Shown here piece after piece: positions 30,500 to 41,992 of a stretch of DNA of 64,000 nucleotides. The notes beneath the pieces are model-generated. The model was not told the DNA's origin. It saw only the letters and a program-made list of their open reading frames with translations, and did no database searches. The stretch's first letter is position 1; every line of letters starts with the position of its first letter. The stretch is from an uncultured Verrucomicrobiae bacterium (lineage in GTDB: Bacteria; Verrucomicrobiota; Verrucomicrobiia; Chthoniobacterales; JAFAMB01), in NCBI GenBank assembly GCA_963782115.1, contig CAWAIK010000003.1, positions 320,001-384,000 of the forward strand, written 5' to 3'. The translations under genes were made by a program, and so were the position numbers.

Positions 30500-30725
30500 C
30501 CCTCAAGGCGTCCTTCCGTGGCGACTAGGGCGTCGTACAATGCATGAATCTCGGCGTCGATGTCGGCGGGATCGAACACAGTTTTTGCCACTTCGTCACC
30601 AAGAAAGCCGCAAAACGCTTCCGCATCCGACAAACCTGGGTCTTCACCGCGGCGAGGCTCAGCCCTAATTGCTTCGCGGACTGCTCGTAAGAAACAGAGG
30701 TTTCGTCGCCCTTTAGGTCCAAGTG
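30500..30725 (-). pseudogene. ECF sigma-70 factor C-terminal fragment (kinase-associated type)
   Basis: SYEQSAKQLGLSLAAVKTQVCRMRKRF, then shifted VAKTVFDPADIDAEI; directly upstream of the kinase. Confidence 0.6.
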
Positions 30726-31050
30726 CATATCCAGGAAGTTTCCGAGCGATTCTCCGCGATCCAGGCTGCCATTAGTCCGGTGGCAAAAGCGGCGCTCCTT
30801 ACTGATTGGCTCCGGACTGTTGGTCCCGAGTGCGGTAGCTACATTGTTCGCATTATGACAGGAGATCTCCGCATCGGCTTAAAGGAAGGCCTTTTGGAAG
30901 AAGCGATTGCCGCCGCATTTGAAGCACGCGCTGAACAAGTCAAAGGAGTAAATATGTTAACAGGAGATATCGGTGAGACGGCACTTCTAGCGAAAACCAA
31001 TCGACTTTCTGCCGCGAACCTGAAGCTGTTTCACCGAATTGCTTGTGATC
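30723..31050 (+). pseudogene. ATP-dependent DNA ligase internal fragment
   Basis: YIVRIMTGDLRIGLKEGLLEEAIA..MLTGDIGETALLA. Confidence 0.7.
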
Positions 31051-31190
31051 CCGTTTAGCGCGACAAGGATACCAAAGTCTAGGCCACGGCTTCGAAGCTT
31101 TGAATCGAACCAAGAAAGTTCCGAACTGCTGACCTTGCTCGACCAGTTCTTGCACTCGACAAGTATGACATTAGACAGGAAGAAGAATCC
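31040..31190 (-). pseudogene. Mrr-like PD-(D/E)xK restriction endonuclease fragment
   Basis: ILVECKNWSSKV...GILVALNGIT. Confidence 0.55.
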
Positions 31191-31309
31191 CTCGGAAAGA
31201 AATTTTGGTCCCCTTTCCGGCAGACCCAAATGAAAGCTTGGCCCATTACTCCGAGAGTGAATACTCCGGAGAACGATGATCTTGAGGTCATTTTACTATC
31301 CCACTGAGA

Positions 31310-31555
31310 CCTACTAAACCAAACAACTGAGACGGTTCCGATCTTGTGCCACGGAACGCTTACAACCGCTGACAGTAACAGCACGGCTCCGAAATGAACG
31401 ATCGTTGGCGTCGCAAATGCAGCAACACCCTCCGCAACACGTAGTGTCGGACAGTCGACAATAAGCGTCACAACGACGAACTCTAGTCCAATCAGGGCAC
31501 CCGCAGCCGAGCCGACAACTACATAGAAGTTTTCCCATCCGGCGAGCGCTCTCAT
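31310..31555 (-). pseudogene. Conserved membrane protein, 3'-truncated
   Basis: GWENFYVVVGSAAGALIGL.FVVVTLI..AFATPTIVHF. Confidence 0.5.
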
Positions 31556-31802
31556 GTCATCGATTAACCTCCTTCGAACACGGAATTCCCCGTGTTGCTC
31601 GTCCTTGCCGGATTTCGAACTTCCTCAAGCGTCAGCACCGGCGGAAAAGCATCCGATCTTGGCCTGACATTGTCTGCCTGGTTACTGGCAAGTTTAACCC
31701 TTACTCTTACAAAGCTGGGCACATTAAAGGCTTCCACGCCGGAATCTATTTTGCCGATGACCCATTCAATTTGTAGAGCGCTGTTTTCGATTGCACAGTG
31801 GT

Positions 31803-32339
31803 CTATTTGGAACGTTTCTCGAAGACTTCCTTGGCGACCGGTATTGCGGAAAAAACGTTCGGCCAACCGGCGTAGAAGAGCAGATGCGTGAGCGTCTCCG
31901 AGGCTTCCGATTTCGTCAGGCCGTTATCCATTGCCCGATTGAGATGAGCCGAGAGCTGGGCGACCTGCCCTGAGGCAATCAGCGCGCTGACGGTAACCAG
32001 GCTCCGGTCCCGAGGCGCGAGCGCCGGACGCAGCCAGAGGTCATGAAACAGTGGATCGCTGGTATACTGCACGACTCCCGGGGCAACCGGGCCGGCACTT
32101 TGCTCGACAGAAGACGCACGCCGCGCCTCGGATGCCTGGTCGATGGGAAGAAGCGGACCTGATGCTGGAGGAAGCTGATCGGGCCCGATTCCGCGCGCGC
32201 GAAATACATCTTTCGCGACCGCCACCGCCGACATGGCATTGGCCCAGCCGGAGTAGAACGCGAGATGCGTGATGACCTCGGAAATCTCGCTCGCCTTGAC
32301 GCCGTTATCGAGCGCCAGGTTGAAATAGTACGTTTCTTC
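31803..32339 (-). pseudogene. Two-domain carboxymuconolactone decarboxylase (CMD) family protein, 5'-truncated
   Basis: In frame from 32339 without start codon: NLALDNG..THLAFYSGWANAM, then LWLRPALAPRDRSLVTV..HLLFYAGWP. Confidence 0.75.
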
Positions 32340-32340
32340 C

Positions 32341-33102
32341 TTAATGAATGGTGAATCCGCCGTCTACAGCGAGCGCTTGACCGATCACGAAGCTTGCGGC
32401 GGGGCTGCAGAGCCAAAGAACGGCATCAGCAATCTCCTCGGCGCGACCAAGCCGGCCGATCGGAACCTCTTTCATCAGCTCTTTCATGGCTTCTGCTTGA
32501 GTGGCCAGCATTCCGGCGACCATCGGCGTATCGATAATCCCTGGGCAAACCGCGTTGATGCGGATGCCTCTGGAGGCATATTCGAGAGCAGCGCTCTTCG
32601 TGAGCCCGAGCACCCCGTGCTTGGCGGCGTGGTATGTTCCACGCCCGGGAGCGCCCACAAGCCCTCCCAACGAAGAGCAGTTGACGATCGCGCCGGCTCC
32701 TTGCTTGCGCATCTGACGCAGCTCGAACTTCATGCAACTCCATACGCCACGGAGATTGATGGCTATCACTCGGTCAAAATCTTCTCGGGAAGCATCAGCG
32801 GTTTCCGCGACAATATTTTGAACGCCAGCGTTATTGTAGGCTGCATCCAGCCGGCCGAAAGTGGCGACGGTTTGCTCAACCATTGCCTCTACCTGAGCGT
32901 CATCGGCTACGTCGCAATGGACGGCGAGTGCTTTGTGACCTTGAGCAGCCAGTTCCTCGGTTGCAGAGCGCACTGCCTTCTCGTTCCAGTCTGCCAACGC
33001 CACGGAAGCGCCTGATTCAGCAAAAGCCTTCGCCGTCGCCAGGCCCAGTCCACAGCCAGCGCCTGTAAGTAGTGCAACTTTGTTTTCAAAAGATATGTTC
33101 AT
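32341..33102 (-). CDS. SDR family oxidoreductase
   Basis: TGAGCGLG, NNAG, YHAAK, INAVCPG. Confidence 0.92.
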   Translation of the reverse strand: MNISFENKVALLTGAGCGLGLATAKAFAESGASVALADWNEKAVRSATEELAAQGHKALAVHCDVADDAQVEAMVEQTVATFGRLDAAYNNAGVQNIVAETADASREDFDRVIAINLRGVWSCMKFELRQMRKQGAGAIVNCSSLGGLVGAPGRGTYHAAKHGVLGLTKSAALEYASRGIRINAVCPGIIDTPMVAGMLATQAEAMKELMKEVPIGRLGRAEEIADAVLWLCSPAASFVIGQALAVDGGFTIH

Positions 33103-33115
33103 ATCTAATTCCTTT

Positions 33116-33343
33116 TCACATTGTGTATCCCGGTTTCTTGTAGAGTTTCTCCGGACTGTTAAGGATTTCCGGCGTATAGACCTTCTCGGCCCAATCCTGT
33201 GGTTTGATTTCTTCGATGGCGACCGACACTGACTCCTCGCCGTAGTGCAAGACATCCATCACGTCTTTCGTGATTTCTTCGGCGAGTCGAGTCTTCTCTT
33301 GTTCGGACTTTGCGGGCACGAGTTTTACGATGACATGCGGCAT
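33116..33343 (-). CDS. Tautomerase family (4-OT/PptA-like)
   Basis: N-terminal catalytic Pro (MPHVIVK), [15 protein letters not shown]. Confidence 0.85.
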   Translation of the reverse strand: MPHVIVKLVPAKSEQEKTRLAEEITKDVMDVLHYGEESVSVAIEEIKPQDWAEKVYTPEILNSPEKLYKKPGYTM

Positions 33344-33364
33344 AGTTTTCTTCGGTGTTTGTCG

Positions 33365-33760
33365 TCACTTACGGTATTGCTCGTCGCTGACCTTCTCCAT
33401 CCAATCGACGACCTTCCCATCGAGCTGTTCCTGAATGGCGATATGCGTCATGGCCGTTGTCGGCGCCGCGCCATGCCAGTGCTTTTCCTCGGGCGGGAAC
33501 CACACCACATCGCCAGGCCGAATTTCCTCGATTGGACCGCCCTCGCGCTGCGCCCAGCCGCAGCCGGCTGTGACAATCAGGGTCTGACCGAGCGGATGCG
33601 TGTGCCACGCGGCGCGAGCACCCGGCTCGAACGTCACGCTCGCGGCGGACGCGCGAGCCGGAGCGTTTGCCTGGAACAGTGGATCGATGCGCACCGTGCC
33701 GGTGAACCAGTCGACGGGGCCTTTGCCGGATGGTTGTGAACCATTTCTTTTGATTTCCAT
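33365..33760 (-). CDS. Cupin domain protein
   Basis: [33 protein letters not shown]. Confidence 0.9.
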   Translation of the reverse strand: MEIKRNGSQPSGKGPVDWFTGTVRIDPLFQANAPARASAASVTFEPGARAAWHTHPLGQTLIVTAGCGWAQREGGPIEEIRPGDVVWFPPEEKHWHGAAPTTAMTHIAIQEQLDGKVVDWMEKVSDEQYRK

Positions 33761-33778
33761 ATGGAACTCCTTTTATTT

Positions 33779-35337
<1,559 letters not shown>

Positions 35338-35791
35338 CGTGGCTTTTTCTTCCTTTCAATAAGAGGCCATCAGACGTTTTAGATCACCTGCGGTATTGGT
35401 CGTCGATGGCTCTGCCCGGCGTCCTCACGGCGTTTCATCGTGATCATGTATTGGTCTCGCGCGGCATGACCTTGACCGTCGCGGTGCGGGCGCGTGCGCC
35501 ATGTGGTCATTGTGGGTTTTCCTTCAAACTTGGTATGGCTAGGGACGGCCACGGTGGCATGGTTCCCTTCCTCCGGTTCTTCATCCAGCAAATTCTCCGG
35601 TCAGGGATTTCTTGCACAGGCTGTTTTACGGCATGTGCGAATAGTGGATTTCAGATTGTGGATCGGCTCTGTTGGCCGCCTCCGACCTTCGTACTTCGAG
35701 GGGGTCTCCGGTCTGATGATCGTAGATCTGCGGTCTATCTGCCATCGCAATCACGGGTATCTCTCACCCAGCGCGTGCACTTTGCGGGCTA

Positions 35792-36520
35792 CTAGAGGGC
35801 GTTGCGGAACTGCGTTGGAGCCATGCCCACCGTCCGCCGAAATACCTGAGCAAAATGGCTCGCACTAGTGTAGCCGACTTCGAGCGCGATTTCGATGAGG
35901 CTGCGGGATGTTTCGCGGATCAGTTGCTGCGCTTGCAACATGCGCTCTCGGGCCACGAATTGCAGAGGCGTCATCCCCGTGGCCTGCTTGAACACGCGTG
36001 AGAAATGGAAAGGGCTCAGCTCCGCCAACTCAGCCAGCTTCTCGATTGAGATGCATTCTGCGAGGTGCGCACGCACATAGTCGATCTTGCGGAGCCGTGC
36101 GATCGGCAAGCCGCCGCGATAGTCAGGTCTCCGCGATGCGACGTTTGTGTATTTCTCGGCGATGTGAATCGCCAGAAGGTGTGCGAAGACAGGGATACGT
36201 TTCGCCTTGCCCGCAGTTCCGGTCGAGAGCAGCTCGGCGCAAGCCAAACTCAAATGAGCGTTTCGTCGCGACCAAAAAACTCAGTCACCTCTGCAGCAGC
36301 CGCATTGTCGTGATAGACCGTTTCCAGCGCTGCGGTGAGCAAATCCACCCTCTTTGAGTCACTTGTGTGACTTTCCAAATTAAGCGGTACACTGCTGAGG
36401 GCCTTGCAGGCCGCCAGAGGACATTCTCGGCCACGCTCGCTGACGTTGCACCAGAAGGCACGCGGCGTGAAATCTCTCGCCCCCGATGACGTATCCGAAT
36501 GGTAGACCGCGCGATCACAC
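35792..36520 (-). pseudogene. AraC-family transcriptional regulator, N-terminus disrupted
   Basis: LAELAELSPFHFSRVFKQATG..IALEVGYTSASHFAQVFRRTVGMAP double HTH; upstream part frameshifted. Confidence 0.75.
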
Positions 36521-36798
36521 CGCCACTTCCTTATCCTTAATCTCTGGCTTCGCGTGGGTCGGAATCAAATCAAGCCATTGAAGCCCGGGGGGAGGCGAAA
36601 AGCGTTGGTCGGGTAACAGTTAGCTTATGCCGCATCCTGCGTCCGTGAACAGCCGCAGCGTAAAGATCGGCAAACCCGCGTGGTCATTTATGGACGTGTT
36701 ACCAGCCGCCCAGGAGAATTGTTACCAGCACCGTTCCAGGACGGGCTCATCTCCTCTTAAATAAGCGACTCACATTTAAGATATTATCCGAAACATGA

Positions 36799-36872
36799 TC
36801 GGGCCGGCGGGATTCGAACCCACGACCTCTTGAACCCCATTCAAGCGCACTACCAAGCTGTGCTACGGCCCG
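36799..36872 (-). tRNA. tRNA-Pro(GGG)
   Basis: CGGGCCGTAGCACAGCTTGGTAGTGCGCTTGAATGGGGTTCAAGAGGTCGTGGGTTCGAATCCCGCCGGCCCGA cloverleaf; CCA not encoded. Confidence 0.93.
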
Positions 36873-37092
36873 ACGCCAAAGAAGCGAAAGATGCTGCGCC
36901 GAAGTGGCTTTTTCAAGCAGGAAAAGCATTCAGTTGCCCGGCCCGTTCGACAGAACGAGGCTCGGCGTGCGCGAGCCAGCTTTCTTTTCACAGATCTCCT
37001 ATTTCAAATAGCCTCCTTGTTCACCGCGCGTGTGCGGTTTCCTGGCTGACCTTGAGTGCCTCCGGCACAGTCCTTGCCGACTCGCCGCCCGA

Positions 37093-38064
37093 CTATCCGT
37101 CGCTTTGCAGGATGATCCGCGCGCAGGTCTCATCAGTTACCAGCCCGTTGATCCAATGCCCTCGCAGCGCGCCGAGAACGGCTTCGGTTTTTGAGTCTCC
37201 AGCTCCAAAGGCAATGACCGGTTTCTTGGGCGGGCGCCGCAATTGAATGCTCGTGACCCGTTCATGGATTGAGGTGTGCACTGGTTCCCCTGCTCGGTTG
37301 AAGGCCCAACCCAACATCTCCCCGACCGCTCCCGCCTCCACGAGTTCATTTACTACCGCTTCACTGATGAACCCATCACGATGCATCGGACAACCGATGC
37401 CCATTTCCCCTATCCCGACAAAGGCCACGTCAGCCTGACCTGCAAGTGCTTCCACGACACGGTATAAACGGTGCCGACACCACTGTCTCCGTTCCTCTGC
37501 GGAATCCGCAAGGAACGGAGACGGCAAGAGAAAATATTTGCTGCTTGTCTTTTCTGCGGTTCGGAGTGCGACATCGTAACGATTACTGGAACCATCATGC
37601 GCGATCGCCCCAACCAGGGAAACAAGGCGATGCTCGGTTCTGACCAGCGCGGGCAATTCATCGATTACCGCCTTCATGGTTCGCCCGGTACTCAGCGCGA
37701 TGATTTTTGGCTGCGTTTCGCTCAGGTAGCATTCCATGATCTGGGCGCCGGCGACCGCTATCTTACGCAGAATCTGATCTGGGCTGTCTGCGTTCGACGG
37801 AACGACCTCGCATACGACGAGGTCATATCGCTGACGCAGGATCGTTGCGACTTCCAGGCAGCTAGTGATTTTGTGGTGAACCTGGACTTTGACAATGCCT
37901 CGTTCCAATGCAATAGCGACGAGTCTCTGAGCAGCCGGTCGCGAAATCTTCAATTTTCTAGCTACCTCCTGCTGGGTGTTACCGGCGACATAGTAGAGCC
38001 ACGCGGCTCGCGCCGCCAAATCCAGCTTCTCTTCCTGCTTTTGTGACGAAGAACCCATCTTCAT
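37093..38064 (-). CDS. SorC/DeoR sugar-binding transcriptional regulator
   Basis: AARAAWLYY..TQQEVA..SRP HTH; STGRT, AFVGIG, INGLVTDE. Confidence 0.9.
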   Translation of the reverse strand: MKMGSSSQKQEEKLDLAARAAWLYYVAGNTQQEVARKLKISRPAAQRLVAIALERGIVKVQVHHKITSCLEVATILRQRYDLVVCEVVPSNADSPDQILRKIAVAGAQIMECYLSETQPKIIALSTGRTMKAVIDELPALVRTEHRLVSLVGAIAHDGSSNRYDVALRTAEKTSSKYFLLPSPFLADSAEERRQWCRHRLYRVVEALAGQADVAFVGIGEMGIGCPMHRDGFISEAVVNELVEAGAVGEMLGWAFNRAGEPVHTSIHERVTSIQLRRPPKKPVIAFGAGDSKTEAVLGALRGHWINGLVTDETCARIILQSDG

Positions 38065-38212
38065 TCAACGGGGGGTGAGATACTAGCTATTTAGTTCCTT
38101 TCGCCGGGAAACAATCAAGTCAATTGCGCGAACTTGCGCGAAACCTTGAGAAACTGCTCAATGTTTCAGCCCGTGGAAAGACTCTGCGAAGCTGGAAATT
38201 TCTTGCGTGACT

Positions 38213-38746
38213 CTAAACCGAGCTATTGCGGATCCTGGTGGACGCCACAGCCAATTCCCGGACCCGCTCTCGCACTTCAGACGAACTCAGGCACCCGTCC
38301 GTGAAATCCTGACTCGTCGCATACACAATCCGCGGAATGATCAAACAGCGAAAGTCGAGCATCAGACTGTTCGCAAGGCTCATGACCGACATGTAGCTCA
38401 TTGATCCGCCTGCCGCGCATAAAAATCCGACAACTTTGTCTTTCCAGGATTCGCCGGTCAATTCGATCAGGTTTTTCAATGCCGCGCTCGCGTCGAAATT
38501 ATAGATCGGAGTTGCGATGATGACCACGCGAGCCTTGGAGATCGTTTTTGAAACGGTGAGCACGGATCGATCGTCGTAAGCCGCTTCGCCGTCACAGAAG
38601 GGCAACGGTAAGTCACGAAGATCGATCGTCTGCGCCACGATGCCCTCCGACCGGTAACAATCCGTCAGAAAATGTGCCATTTCCCTGCTCCGGCTTTTCG
38701 AGCGGAGGGATCCGGAAACAACCAGATATTCGGTCGACGACTCCAT
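38213..38746 (-). CDS. NADPH-dependent FMN reductase
   Basis: VSGSLRSKSRS, ATPIYN..SAALKNLIE, AAGG. Confidence 0.88.
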   Translation of the reverse strand: MESSTEYLVVSGSLRSKSRSREMAHFLTDCYRSEGIVAQTIDLRDLPLPFCDGEAAYDDRSVLTVSKTISKARVVIIATPIYNFDASAALKNLIELTGESWKDKVVGFLCAAGGSMSYMSVMSLANSLMLDFRCLIIPRIVYATSQDFTDGCLSSSEVRERVRELAVASTRIRNSSV

Positions 38747-38909
38747 TGAGGGAAGATTCAAGCCCAGACCCCGGAATTCCGCCAGTGGGATTTTGGAGAG
38801 CGAAAGTAAGCGGGAGATCAGGAAACCAATCTCATCGGCTCGATTCCTTATGGAAAAAATCATTAGGCATTTGATTGTAGCTCGCTCATATTACGGCCTT
38901 TCCGGAAAA

Positions 38910-38983
<74 letters not shown>

Positions 38984-39289
38984 TCTTCGATTCCAAGAGC
39001 CGATCGGCGGCCGTTGGGCACCTCAATCGGTTCGGTCACGCTAAAATTGGAGATTTTCGATAATGCCCGGTTCTCTTAGAATCAATTGTGGGGGAACGCC
39101 AGCGACACCAAGGCCACCAGCCAAGGCACGGCAGATGTTCAGGCGACATATTAGTCATGTCGATCTCTCCTCAGGCGCTCCAAGACCTCCTCGACGAACT
39201 GGAAGCATCTCGGCGTCTCAGAAGGCGAGCCTGGGAGAGCCTCAGGAAATCCGGTGGGTGCTCAAGGATGGCTGGCCCGAAACTAACTA

Positions 39290-41151
39290 GAGGTTCTCCG
39301 AAAAGGTAGGTCAGTTTTTTAGTCGGCGGATGTATTAATTCTGGCGCCACGCTTTCAATTTTGTAACTCTCAGATTGTGAGCACATTAGCGAGCTGCGAA
39401 AGGTTTTCCGCGATCGTTCCTGATCTGGCCAACCGACCGCGACAGTTAGTCTTCCTGACCCCCATCGACAGCCAATTGAACGATTTTCTGAACGAAATTC
39501 ACCTCATCGCCCTTTTCGAACCCTCCATCGTGGAACGCATCGACGAAGATCTCGACCGGCACGCGAAAAGGAAGAAGCTGTTGCGCCTCACCGACGCACA
39601 GTTCCTGGCCGGCCAAACCCCTGATCTGCCTAAACTGCAGCTTCAATTGCGCGAGCTCAAAGTCGATGAACTCGAGTTGGAGACAGGGCGGCCCCGCACC
39701 GATGCCTATATGGTCTACCTTTTCCTGATGCTGCGCGGTTTCAACGGCGGCTGCAAAGACCAGCAGGCCAGGTTATTGCTGGAGGAGTCTATCACGCTCA
39801 AACTCTGGCTCGAACATCTGGGGCTCCAATTGCCGCCCCCCAGCACCCTCAGCGACAACCTCAACGCGGTGAGCAACCAGACCCGCGCTCTGATTCATCG
39901 GGTGCAATTGCGCTCTATTTTAGGGCAGGGTCTGGATAATTTTCAGAAGAGCTTCATCGACAGCACCGCGGTGGAAGCCAACACCGAGCGGCCCACGGAC
40001 TCGACCCTCCTGGTTAGATTGATCGCCCGGGTTTGCACCACGGGTAGCAACCTGCACCGGTGGGAGCTGCCAGACATGAATCAGATTGGACTTTTGGCGC
40101 AACAGGAAGAACTCCGGCGCATGAGCCAGCAGATTCATTTCCTCAATGGCAAAGCGCGAGGAGCCGCCAAGCGCAAGAAGGTGTATTTCCAGTTGTTGAG
40201 GCGGGTGCGCAGACTGCGCAAACGGCTGCTGCGTGATCTGGAGTCGGTTCGCGGGAACCTGGCGGACCGCGCCGATCTGCTGCCGAGTCGGCGTCTGATA
40301 GCCGAAGAAGCCCTGGGCCTCATTGCGGAGGATCTGGCGGCTCTGGAACAAGTCGCCCACGTCTGCGAAAGACGAGTCATGGAAGAGGAAAAAGTGCCGA
40401 TGGCAGAAAAGATCATCAGCCTGAGCGACTCGGACGCCTCGTTTATCGTTAAAGGAGGGTGGAACACCGTGGTAGGCTACCGCCCGCAACTGGCGCGCAG
40501 CGGGAGCGGCTTTGTCACTGCGCTGGTGTTGCCCCAAGGCAACGCGGCCGACAGCCGGCACCTTGTGGCGATGGTCAAGGAACAGATCACTAACACCGGA
40601 GTCATTCCTGCGATGGCCAGCGCCGATGATGGCTACAGCAGTCAGGAGGGGCTAGAGGAAGTGCTAAGCCTTGGGGTCAAAGTGGTCAGCATCAGCGGAG
40701 CCAAAGGCAAGAAGCTCATCGAGGCGCAGCAATGGAAGAGCCAGCCTTACCGACAGGCACGGGCTGAGCGCAGCGCCATCGAGTCACTGGTCTTCACGTT
40801 GAAAGAGAGCTTTGAATTTGGAGAGATGGTGCGGCGCAACCATGAGAACGTACTGGCCGAGATGCTGGAGAAAGTGCTGGCCTATAATATCTCGCAGATC
40901 ATCCGGGTGCGGAAGAAGCTTTCAGAGCCCGAACAGATGGAGCTGGCCGCGGCCTAATTAAGATCAATTACTCCAGTCGCGATCATGAAAAGAGAGTAGA
41001 ACAATGCATAGCCGAGCCAAACAAAGTATGGCAGCACTAACTTAAAACAAAGCTAAACACCCCAAAAGGCGCGACGGCACAACAAACTAGTCCTCGGCGC
41101 CACCTACCAGTTCATGACCGAAAGCCCCGTTACCCCTTTTCGGATTGCCTC
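39290..41151 (+). mobile_element. IS element with intact 526-aa DDE transposase (IS5/ISNCY-like), CDS 39377..40957
   Basis: IRs gaggttctccgaaaagg / ccttttcggattgcctc; 6-bp TSD taacta; FIDSTAVEAN..PTDS, SADDGY, RSAIESLVFTLK. Confidence 0.85.
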
Positions 41152-41234
41152 TAACTAACGGGCGAAAGCTGGCAAAGACATCAACTTGGGTGCACCGAGG
41201 GAAATTCTTGAACGCAACAAATTACTAAAGTGGT

Positions 41235-41633
41235 ACTGAGCGCCTTGGCAAGACCGAGGTCGATGATCTTAGCGGTTACAGCGACTTCCTCCTCAAAGCT
41301 CACCATGATGTTGCTTGGTTTGATGTCCCGATGGACGAGGTTCTGCTTGTGCACCGCGGCCAAACCGGCAGCGACCTCCGTCGCGATTTCCAACGCCAAC
41401 TTTGCCTCAGGCCGGCCGGAGCCTCTGATAAGGTTCTCCAGTGTCTCCCCCTCTACGAATTCCATCGCGTAAAACTAGTTCCCGGCGGTTCTGCCCAGGT
41501 GGAAGACCGAGGCAACGTTTGGATGACGTAAACTGGCCGCCGCGCGGTCTTCACGCACAAAGCGAAGCCGCACCGATTCGTCATTAAGATAACGCTCCCT
41601 GATGACTTTCAATGCCACGGGATATCGCAGATC
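41235..41633 (-). pseudogene. Ser/Thr kinase internal fragment
   Basis: PVALKVI..RFVRE..LRHPNV..*FYAMEFVEGE..VHRDIKPSN..KIIDLGLAK with in-frame TAG. Confidence 0.8.
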
Positions 41634-41669
41634 AGCTATCGGCTATAATGGCCAAGTTCCAGGACCCTT

Positions 41670-41977
41670 GATCCGTTTACAATCAACGGACAGCCTTACA
41701 ATCAGAGTGAGCCGATCAAGATACATCAGGGGCGCCGTTATCGACTCGCTTTCGTAAACAAGAGCGACGACATGCATCCGCTCCACCTGCACCGGCATAA
41801 TTTTGAGATCCGAAAATCCATGGGAAAGAAACATCCGGAGTTTTCAAAGACACCGTCCTGGTTAAAGGCTTCAGCCGTGTGGATGTTGATTCTGTCGCCA
41901 ACAACTCCGGGCTCACCTTGTTTCACTGCCATCAGAACCTCCACATGGATTTCGGCTTCATGCGACTCTTTGAGTAG
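41670..41977 (+). pseudogene. Multicopper oxidase C-terminal fragment
   Basis: TINGQ..MHPLHLHRH, then shifted KDTV..LFHCHQNLHMDFGFM. Confidence 0.75.
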
Positions 41978-41992
41978 GCCGGTTAACCGTTA

